From: Lama guanicoe
Taxonomy: Eukaryota
Length of the DNA stretch: 64,000 bases
Reading direction: 5' to 3'
NCBI GenBank assembly: GCA_013239625.1
Contig: MU056050.1
Span: 2,714,084-2,778,083 of the forward strand
Notes under the pieces: generated by a model
Told to the model about the DNA's origin: nothing
What the model saw: the letters and a program-made list of their open reading frames with translations, nothing else
Database searches by the model: none
Translations under genes and position numbers: made by a program
Shown: piece by piece, positions 12,314-22,434 of the stretch
How the letters are laid out: each line of letters begins with the position of its first letter
How positions within the stretch are numbered: the first letter of the stretch is position 1

Positions 12314-13927
12314 CTTCTTATCATGTCAGTCTCCTGAATCTCTGGCTGTGGGATCTGGTGGAGGAGAAAGTGGTGAGAATCTTTTTTCTCTCTAAAATTA
12401 GATTAGCAGGAGAAAATATTTGTTGAACTAGGTTCTTGGGCATAGCAACTCTGGTAAATTTGGTAATGAGTACTCTTGAATTTTACTGATTCATTTTCTC
12501 CCAGAGATGGTCACTATTTTTCTTTGTTGCTGTATGCTGTGTTGTTTGTCACAAAGACGAAATACCATAGGGTAAGAACTCAGGCATCTGCCCTATGAGC
12601 CTACTGTTTGAACTGGCCTCACAGATTGGTGAGTTTATGATTCTCATCAGACCAGCATCTATTTAGACAAATTTTGCTGTGGGCCCCCTATGTAAAAACC
12701 AGATGAGGTTTTTTCCTTTCTCCTTGTTTTATGTCTTGAGAGCTTGGCTTTGTGATCAGTGAGACTATTCTCTCTGACCTCCACCATCTGGACGGTGCAC
12801 CTTGGTGGCCAGTTGAATAGACGGCGGTTCTGAGACATGAAGTCACAAGCAGCTAGCTCTCTCTTTGTCCAGTCATGCCAGCTCTCAGGGGAGTTTGTCA
12901 TAAAGGGTCCCAGTCTGCAAGGGACTTTTGTCCTTAGACGTCTCAACCTTCATTGCTTTGTTAGTGCTAGAAAAATCCCATTCCAGTAGTGCCTGCTCAG
13001 TGTTGGATTAGTGGCTTTGTAACTGGAGGTACCTCCTGTTCCAGTGAGAGACATGAGACATCACTTTCACCACACCATCCTTACTGTCTATGCAACAAAG
13101 GCCTTTACTTTTTTAGACTATCTTTGGGACTATCTTTGATCCAGAGTAAACTTTCTGGATCTTATGAAGGCTGTATCTTTTTGCTCTTGTGAGATGCGTT
13201 TTGCATCCTTGGTTAGGCCATAAAAAGGCTTATTGATATGAGTTGCTATATTTTAAAAAGAAAAAGAATTTTGTTACAGAATACTCATTCTAAACAATGG
13301 TCTTATTGGTATGATGGCTGGCCTTAGAGACCTTGTAACAAAATGAAAGAACAAGAAATTGAACTTAGAACAAAAATTAAAATTCTACAGCCAACGGAAA
13401 TTCCCCTTCTTAAAATCCAAATAGTTAAGCACACCACCTTCCAGCACACCTGCTTACTTTATATCTAAAAACAGTGATCCCAGAAGCTGGAGGTATCTAA
13501 CAACAACAACAACAACCACAACCACAACCACCACCAGCCAGAATCTTACTAAATTTGTATTATGTCCTGGGAACTTGGCTTGGTAACTGTCAGTTTACAA
13601 TACGACTGGACAACAATGTGGGTTATACCCCATTTGCAGCTAGATATGGCTAGACAGAAAATGCAAGTTAGACTCCATTTGTGGCCAGTGCTTTACCAAA
13701 CGGCCGGGAGCCCTCAAGGAAATTACAACCTAAAATTACAACGGCCATTGTGAAGAATGTTACAATTAGATAAGACCATTTAAAAAGCAAGGCGTCGAAG
13801 TCAAACAAACAAAATAGGATATATATTTTAACTGGTATGCCAGAGCCTCGAAAAAGCTTCAAAATTTAAAAATAGCTTCATTGAAAGATTCCTTGTAAAA
13901 GGCTAATGAAAAATTAAAGCTATAAGA

Positions 13928-14504
13928 GGTACCTCAGGCGCAGGACACGGAGGCTGACGTGACTCGTAGCGCTTTCTTCTACCCTTGTTTTCCTTCTTGC
14001 GCCCTCCCGGCCGGACCTGAGCCGCGATGCACGAGGGACCGACGTTCTGGGCCAACCAGACTGCTCTTCTCATTCTGCCCACGGGCCCCTTGCCCCTCTG
14101 CCCTGCCAGCCGGCGGTGTGTGCAGTCCAGCCCACCCCGGTCTCCCGCCCCCTTCCTCACGGCATTGGCGGGGCGGGACCTGGCGCAGCAGACACGCTCG
14201 CCTCGCCTTCATGCCTTCATGCCTTCACTGCGCATGTCTCGCCAGCTGCGCACGCTCGCCTCGCCTTCACGCCTTCATGCCTTCACTGCGCATGTCTTGC
14301 CGGCAGCCATCCCTTCCTTGGGGTGAGAGCAGGTCTCCCCTGGCCCTCTGTCCTGCCCCTGGAGCACTCCAGCTCGTCCCTCAGATGCCCCAGTTGGACA
14401 GTGGTGTCGTTTCTGTTCCCAGTGAGCCCCTCGGGTTCTTACTGCAGTGGTGGGTCCTGTGAGCAGCTTTCTTGGGAGAACGAGATGGTAAGGGAGGCAC
14501 GCCC
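13928..14504 (+). promoter_or_regulatory. CpG-rich promoter-like segment embedded in the ERV
   Basis: About 34 CpGs by hand count in 13935-14305; TGACGT at 13955; GC boxes at 14144 and 14170; ATTGG at 14164; TGCGCATG at 14229 and 14287; candidate donors GTGAGA at 14323 and GTAAGG at 14488. Confidence 0.55.
14193..14308 (+). repeat. 58-bp tandem duplication with internal (gccttca) 7-mers
   Basis: cacgctcgcctcgccttca(t/c)gccttcatgccttcactgcgcatgtct starting at 14193 and 14251. Confidence 0.9.
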
Positions 14505-14585
14505 GTCCTCCTCTATAGCACAGAGAACTATATTCCCTATCCTGTAATAAACTATAATGGAAAAGAATGTGAAAAAGAATATATC
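14505..14585 (+). mobile_element. Short internal piece of an L1 3'UTR
   Basis: ctatagcacagagaactatattccctatcctgtaataaactataatggaaaagaatgtgaaaa matches the L1 3'UTR at ~23640-23705. It has no poly(A) tail. Confidence 0.8.
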
Positions 14586-17291
14586 TTTCCTGAGTACACA
14601 TGCTTTACTAATTCTCTAGGCTGCCTTTCCACTCTGAAGAGACCTTTTAAAATAAGACCACCTGAGGCTACAGGTAATCCTCCTGAGGTATCTTCCACTC
14701 CTTGGTCAAAGACCAAACTAAGGGCCATAGTTAAAGAATTTCTTAAACCCAGGATCGATCCTCAAGATCTCCCTTAAGGTAAAATAAAACTTTATAACCA
14801 GAGGGAAAGAAGCAAATTGGAGATAGTTTAATTGATAGTCAGGCTGCAACCCAATTCTTCCAGGAATTGGAAGCAACGGTCTTCGAGTTGCAAATCTCAG
14901 CAAGGCCAGAGGTGTGGTTCTAGAGGCAATTCAAAACCTTACCAAGCCCCAAACCTCCCCTATTCATCTCAAAAGGTTTATATATATTGGGACTTTAGAA
15001 ACAAAAGTTGTTCTGAACTTAAGAAAAAGAGGTTGGAAGTATTTAGAAATTGGGCAAATAAAAAAACTTCTCCATAGTGTTTATCTGTGTATATGTATGT
15101 TCTAGATGTGTGATTTTTTTTTTTTACCTTCAGATGGTATTGCCAAAATTGATTTATAAAGAGCTCTATGTAGTTTCTTTGAAGGCAAGATCTTCTAGAG
15201 ACTGGGTATTCTAAAACTGTCAGAAATATAGAAACTAACCCAAATGTTTTTGAAGTTCACATGATCTAGGATAATTTTTGGTAAATAAAAACTAATTTTA
15301 GCTTGTTGGTTTAATTAATGCAGACATATCTTTGAGCTATCAGCATTAAGTATAACACTTTTTTCTACCTAAATTTACTAAAAATAAGCCCATGTTATCT
15401 TTATTACAAAATTTGTCAGCAAGAAAAAAACTTAAGATGATGACTAACTGCTTTAATATCTATGAGTAATCTGATTGTTAGAAACAAATAAATATATGTA
15501 AGAGGGATAAAAGATTTTTAGCTGAACTTTTTAACAATAATTATGTGTTATGGTATGTGTATTTAAAAATAGTTTCTTATAATCTTTTTGGTAATTTGAA
15601 ACCTTGGTATTTTTCTGAGTTAAATGACGAGAATTCACTGAATGTCTAGATCGTTTCCAAATAAGATAAAATATTAACATAGTAACTACTAAGCAAGTCT
15701 AAGTTTACCTACTCTTGACCTCTTATTACAGAGGGACTATAGATGTTTGGGTCTATTAGTAAACATGTTTTATGCCACATTGAAAAATTGTGCTTTGATG
15801 AAATGTATGTTTCTAAAAATTATGAAATGTATTCATAAATTTCCAATCTAAGAAAAGCTGATATAACAGACAGTTCACTAGAAGTTAAGGTTTCTAAGGG
15901 TTAAGAATTCTAATTAATACATGTGATTAAAGCTACTAGAAATAATAAGGGAAAGAGTTCTGTATGTAAGAAAAGTAGAATGTATTTTTGGGGGGTAAGA
16001 AAAGGTATAAGGTATGGAGACTCATTTTTATTGAGGGAAATGAAAGTGTCCTAAAGCTAATTATTTTTAAATGGGAAAGAGAACAAGGGACAAACTAAAA
16101 TGGATGTAGAAAGTTGTAGAAGGTTTGTGGAAAAATGAATCTTTAGAAAATAATTTTATGTGTGGTCAGGCTGGAGCAAAATTGGAATTTGGTTTTCTCT
16201 CTGTTAAAAAGACAAAGTTTAATTGGACTATTGGTCTGTTCTTGATAAGAACTTGTAAAAGGTTTTCCTTTACCTTGAAAAAATAATCTGCCGAGAAAAC
16301 AAGGATTCTGTGTTTTGTTAAAATAATTTCCTGTGTTTGCTGTCTTCAGGTCTTTGATCACTTAAGAAACCTGAGTCTTCTTGATATTAAAAGAGCTAAG
16401 TTTTGCTCAGAACTACCTAACTTTCTATATTTGCCTGCAAAGTCTTTAATTGTTACTTTGGTTAAATGGATAACTAAGCATTGTTTCACAGTGACCTGTG
16501 ATCATACTGATCAAATGTTTTAGAGACCTCTTTGATATTTTTGACAAACTTCCTCAAAATCAAATTCTAAATGAAGTCTTTTTGACTTCAGACTAACTTT
16601 GAAATTTTCCAGAGGGTCCCTAAAATATTTTAAAAGATTTGCTCTCTCTCCTTATAAAAAGGAAGATGTTACACTAATTAGGTTTATTTGATATGTTAAA
16701 TTACATGGGAAGTATTGTTGAACAAGAAGTAACACTAAACCTTCTTAGATTATATTTGTGTGGATATATGTAGTGTTCTAGAAATCATATGAAATCCCTA
16801 ATCTGATATATTCTAATATAATGTTATCACTTGTAATTCTAGTTGTTATCTTAAAATGTTATATGTCACAGAAGTAACCAAATTTCCTTGTCAATTCCAA
16901 TATAATGAACTCTCATCAAATCTTTAATAATGGGCATTTTAAAAAGTCTTTTGTCATCTGCAGACAGTTATTGTTTTACTCAGATGCTTTTACAAAAGTA
17001 TTTCTGCAAAAATGCCTCATCTTCAAGGAGATGTATGGAAAGGACTTTTGACATATACATATTTCTGATAAGTTTAAGACCATAAAACTGAAATGGGAAA
17101 AAAAAAAACTGAAATGGGTAAAAATTACCAAAACTAATAAAAAAAAACTAGATTTAGGCAGAACAGGTATTAATTACGTGGGACTGAATGAAGTGAGTAG
17201 GATAATTATAATTTTTATGACTTTTTACTTGAAACTTTACTGATTTTTAAAAAAATGTTTTGCTTTTCCAGATTTAAGAAAATTTTTTCCT

Positions 17292-17400
17292 AAAAAAATA
17301 TGAAAACGAATATATGTATGTGTATGCATGACTGGGACATTGTGCTGTACACCAGAAATAGACACATTGTAATTGATTGTACTTCAATTAAAAAAAAAAA
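17292..17400 (+). mobile_element. Very short 5'-truncated L1 3' end within the ERV
   Basis: atgactgggacattgtgctgtacaccagaaatagacacattgtaa...poly(A). TSD aagaaaa(tt/cc)ttttcct at 17276-17291 and 17400-17415 (14/16). Confidence 0.85.
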
Positions 17401-18753
17401 AGAAAACCTTTTCCTCTTCCTCTTAAGCTGTCAACAATTTTGTAAGCTATACCTTTGTCAATAAAGATGAAACATTTATTTCTCTCCCTCCCTGATCCCC
17501 CCAGAATTCAGAAACTTGTAGTGAGTATTCTTATTTTTATAGCAATGTAGTTATTTACATAATTTCAGTAAGAATCTGTTCTCCTTGTCACAGGACACAA
17601 TTGGAAACTGGTTATATTACCAAGACTTTGACTGGAAAGTCATATTTGAGAGAGACTCAGATATGACCAGACAGCTTTAAGGAACTAAGATTGACTTTAT
17701 GGAGCCAATAAAGCCTCTTGGAGCCAATAAAGCCTGATACCTTGCTTACAGAGTTTCCAGAAGTCTTACCAGATGAGAAAAGAAGGTCACTTCCTAGCAG
17801 GTGCAGGAAAACTCAGAATATTTTGGGGATCTTGAGAAGAGAGGAATTCACCCAAATTATAGGTATTTCAGGATAGTCTAGTGGCAAGTTTCTGGGTAGG
17901 CTTCTTGGCCTCAAAAGGCATTTAAAGGTCACTCTGAGACTCCTCATGAAAAGTTCCAGCAAAGAAGATTTAAAAGAGCCTATATGGTCAATTGCTATTC
18001 TTGCTGTACTTATGTGAATAACCAGGCCAAGTTGATTGAAACTAGACTTATTTTGCAAATAAATTAGCCTTAATTTGGCTATCTTTGGTAAAAATGGGGT
18101 AATTTTAGAAAGAAAAATTGTTTCAGTAATACATCTTATTGGATATTAGATCCTGGTGCTGTTCAATGTCTTTTAAGGTTTTGTTTTTCTACCTGTAAAC
18201 TGGACTGGATCCTAAAACTCTTCTACTTTCCTCCAATATTTGGCTACAACTTTCTGAACTAATGTTTCCACATTTTGCCTCCCATTCTTCTAGCTAGGAA
18301 TTGCTAAGAACTAAAACAGTCCTTTGTCCAAAGCCATGCAAGCTAAAGTTGGACAGTTCGATATAAACATCAGAGACATCACCACAACAGTTCATGTATA
18401 GACAATCAGTACGCCTGTTGCTCTGTGGGCCACTCAGAAAGATCACCAGAGACACCCAAACTGTAAACCCCCAAATTCCAGCAGATTGTCAATGCCTGCC
18501 CTCGCTCCATTTGAAAATGCTTTGCGCCACACGCAAAAATCTCAACTGGCTACCTTCAGAACTGAGAAACAAATGCCTCTTAAACACCTGATTTCTTGCA
18601 CTATAGGCCTAACTTTGGGAGCCCACCTGCATCACTGCTTTCTGAAATGAGCTTTAACTGAACCGACCTATTGTCAGGACTAGGAAACTGGCCACTGAGA
18701 TAGAACAATCTACCAACTCAACTTCTGGACTGTAAAATGTCAAGGGAAGTTTC

Positions 18754-18765
18754 AGAGGAAGGAAT
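18754..18765 (+). other. Polypurine tract
   Basis: agaggaaggaat immediately before the 3' LTR TG. Confidence 0.7.
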
Positions 18766-19318
18766 TGATGGGGTTCAGGGCAGGCCACCCCAAGATGTGC
18801 CACTCTGGCATGCAGATTATTTTGAGCTGAAAACAGTCAAGGCCCAAAAGACTCTGAAAGAACTTTTGACCTTCCTCCTAACTGCCTAAAAGAATATAGA
18901 TAGAGGACCCATTCTAGGAAGGGAGCCATCACCACACATGACTACAGTGTAGTATGAACTAGGTGTGGTGGACAGGGAAGAACCCAACAAAGTCTGTTGT
19001 TAAAAGTCCCCTCTGTGTCCCATTGTTTCTGTATGGCCCAGCCAACCTTTGTTTACAAACATTTGCTCTTTTTCATCTTCCTGTGAATTGCCTTCCTTCC
19101 CTTTGAAGTCCCAGATCCCTACCTCTTCTCCTTAGTCCAGGATGACACATATGCCCTGTTTTACCTGGCTGCCCTATGGGCTTCATAGTCTTATAGAGCC
19201 TCCATATGCACAAAATTAAAGTTGTTTTTTCTCCTATTAATCTGTCTTATGTCATTTTAATTATTCAACCAACTAAAAGAACCAGCAGGGGAAGGGGGAA
19301 ATTTTCCCCTCCCCGACA
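18766..19318 (+). repeat. 3' LTR (553 bp)
   Basis: Direct repeat of the 5' LTR; ends ccccgaca followed by the CTAG TSD. Confidence 0.95.
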
Positions 19319-21844
19319 CTAGTGAGGGGCCAAGTTAGGATGTGAATCCAGGTCTCCTGCCTTTTGCTCTAGTGTTACTTTTAGATCTTTGATATAAAGT
19401 TGTACTCCCCTCCAAACTGATGAGCAGGGGAGGGAAATCTTTCCTCCTGACTCCACACAGTGGTTTTTCTCAGCAATATCAGTCATGGTATTGAAACATG
19501 ATTTCTTTGAGTGTCTAGGAGGAAAACAACTCCCTCCCACCCACCTTGAGGGGCACAGAGGGCTAAACATAGGGAATCACTGGAGCTTTCTCAGGGTCCC
19601 AGGGGAACTGTTTGTTTGAAATGTAATAAAGGTTCCTCTCCACCAAACATGGAGAAAAAGCAATGCTGGGAACACTTGAGAGTCAGCACGGGAGGTCTTG
19701 TCTACCCTAGTCAAGCAACCAGTCAGCAGGGATAGATTAGACTCCTACTGTGAGCTCTTCTGTGCTAGAAGTTACCAAGGATACATGGGCTTTGCCCTGA
19801 AGGGATTTATGATCAAATTGCAGAAACAAAACATCCTATCTGATCAATCTCTCTGAAGGCATAGCCTCTGTCTCCCCTATTTCTTGTGGCCTCAGTGCAC
19901 CTGACCTCCTTCTGGATACAAGTTAGTTATCTATGGTTCGATTAAACCTTCTTTGCTGCATTATTTTCTCTCCCCAAAAAGGAAATGAGTGCTGAGTAGA
20001 TGCAATTATGTAGCCCCATTCCATCAGGTAAAGTGACAACAAATATTTTGTCTGGAAACTCACTGTTTTACGCAGAATTCTTTCTCACTGGTAAAGGATA
20101 AATTTTGCTATTCTCCTGGATCCTTTGAAAGTATCTCCTACGAATGAGGAGGCTAACAGTAAAACCCCTACTGTTTGTCTAGGCTTTGTAGTTTACCGTG
20201 ATCTCATTTAATCTCCTATCTTAGCTTTTTCCTCGGTGCTGTGTACACAGATGTTATTGATTCCCTCCAGAGGCAGCCATGTGTGGTGGAATAAACAGCA
20301 CGGAAGTGGAGTTTTAGTACCTACCTCTTCAGCTAACTATCTGAGTGTTATTAGGCAAGTTGCTTCCCCTCCCTGGGCCTCAATTTACCCATATGTAGAA
20401 GGAGGAAAGGGTTTGGATTCCACAGAGTCTGAGGCCCCTTCCAGTTTCTAATTGGAGTGCAGTGCCTTTGTGTGGTTTCTGCTGTGGGTGTGGTTGGTCC
20501 AAACCAAAGGGCAGAGACAGGATGCAGTCTGATGATCAGGGACAGAGGAGGAGTGGTTGAGCAGCTTTGCACATTTGTGGGTGCCTTGCTCCCCGTCCTT
20601 AGCCTTCCAGGCTGTTTAAGTTCATGATCCAGGGCATTGCCTGTCCGCCCCCTGCCACAAACACCATGCCATTCAGGGTTTCTTTACCAGCGTCTGCTTT
20701 GAAGCCAGTGGAAGGTTTTCATAGGTCTCGAATCTTCTTATTTCTTGCCCTCTTGACATCTGAGGCCTGAAAAGAACTTGGGTTGCCTGCCTAGGCAGGC
20801 TTCCGGAGGCCGCAGCCTTCTGTCTTCAGGGGCTGGGGGCAGGAGGATGCCGAGCGAGCGCAGGCAGTCATTATTTGGGTATTGACTCAAAGGAGCGGGA
20901 GCCACAATGCGCAGGAAAAAGGATGAGCTCATGACGGCTAAATGAAAAGATTCTTATCTTGGAAACAGCGGTTTCTTATGCAAAACAGGGGGCGGCAATG
21001 TGATTGTGCCCCACGGAGTACATTCAACAACAGGGATTTCAAATGAAGAAGCTGTTTTGCATACCTACGGGAGCAGCAATGGGCCAGATTGTTCATTAAT
21101 TAAAAAGAGGGGGGCGGGTGCTGAAAAACCCACGCTCGCACTTGGTGCTGAACGGAAATAATTCATTTGCCTTCCTCTCAGTCCCAGTTGATCAGCTGGG
21201 AGACAAATGTTGTTTTTTCAACCGTAGCCACCTCTGGAGAAGGGAGGGGAGGGCAGAGGAAGAGGGAGGGTGGGAGAAGATAGGGGCAGGGAGGGGAAGG
21301 GTGTCACAGATGACTAGAATGGCAGTGATCTCTCAACCATTGCTCCTTGGCGTTCAAATGTACTGTACAGAGGTGCTGGTTTTTTTGTTGCCTCTTCCTC
21401 TCCACCCAACTCAGCAGATTTATCTTCCTAGTTCTGTTTGATTTCGTATGAAAGAAGTCTGAGCAAATCCCCACTGATGGGGATGAGAGGAAAGAAGAGA
21501 AATAAAGAGGGTGGGGGAAAAATAGAGGCCAAGAATGTGTCCACTAAATACAGCCCTCTTATTGCCCAAACTCTGACATGTGGTCCCCTGAGGGGATGGA
21601 TGTGAACTGTGTCTGTCCTGGAAATTCCAGAATATAGGTCACCAACTGAATGGGTAATATCATAAGTGGAGAGCAGGGTTGAATGTGGTTGCAGGTGGGA
21701 GGCACCAACACCTCCCACATATCTTTCCTACTAGACTGCTCTCCTTCCACCTCACATCATCTTTTGATTTTGGAATAAGATTGGTTATCATTTACCAAGC
21801 ACTTTTATATACATTATTTCCTATGTTATCTCCTATCACTGTGT

Positions 21845-22070
21845 TATACCTGTGTGCCAGGCACTTTCAGTTATGTTGCTTATTTGAGTTTCTCAGGTAG
21901 CCAGGGAGATGACTGGGTATTATTGCTCCTGTCTTAGAATGAAAAAACTGAGGCTCAGAGACATTAAGTTGGTTACCCAAGGTCACACAAGTTGGAAATA
22001 GCAAAGCTAGGATTTGAACCCATATTGGTCTGATGTTAAAACCTGTGCCCTAAACTACTGTGCAATGCTA
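21845..22070. mobile_element. MIR SINE
   Basis: tgtgccaggcact...aaactgaggctcagagacattaag...cccaaggtcacaca...ggatttgaaccca. Confidence 0.75.
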
Positions 22071-22434
22071 ACTCTCCTCCCTTTCCTTCATTCTTCCCTA
22101 AATAGTATTTTCCCAACTCTTACTCAAAAGGTAAACTTCCCTCTTAGAAACCATGATCAGTACATATATGTAAACTAAAAAAATGTGCAGTATACCGTGT
22201 ATATGTATTTACATGCAATATAATGTATATGTGCAGTCAAACTGTAATAATTCTACCTAATAAAACTGAAAAAGGGGAAAAAAAAGGTAAAGTTCCCAAG
22301 GCTGGCATTCTGGCAAGCAGGGCAAGGATGCAGGTCCTTCCTGAATATGACACTCCCTGCAAACACACATACCTGTAGTACGGAAGACAAGCTTGGTAGA
22401 TCCCTTTTCTGCCATAGGCTCACAATATGATTCA

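Larger units (their letters stand above)
13425..14780 (+). pseudogene. Degenerate gag remnant (MA-like and N-terminal CA-like motifs), interrupted by foreign inserts
   Basis: Translated fragments PPSSTPAYFISKN, NLKLQRPL*RMLQLDK (decayed WP.GTF-type MA motif), KIASLKDSL*KANEKLK and STPWSKTKLRAIVKEFLKPRIDPQ (CA N-terminus-like). Confidence 0.6.
11654..19318 (+). mobile_element. Two-LTR ERV1-class provirus, coding-decayed / non-autonomous (MER34-like LTRs)
   Basis: TG...CA LTRs at 11654-12204 and 18766-19318; 4-bp TSD CTAG at 11650-11653 and 19319-19322; PBS, splice donor, Gag-like remnants and polypurine tract. The long AT-rich interior has no pol/env ORF. Confidence 0.95.

Noticed and set aside
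14193..14308. CRISPR-like repeat
   Set aside because: There are only two adjacent units with no unique spacers and no cas genes, and the context is mammalian.
13903..14601. Six overlapping ORFs of 77-167 aa on both strands
   Set aside because: This is expected from stop-codon scarcity in GC-rich DNA. The repeated peptides come from the 58-bp duplication and there is no recognisable domain.
14780..18753. pol/env or a syncytin/HEMO-like gene in the provirus
   Set aside because: The track shows no ORF over ~80 aa here, and I see no YxDD, integrase or CX6CC/immunosuppressive motif.
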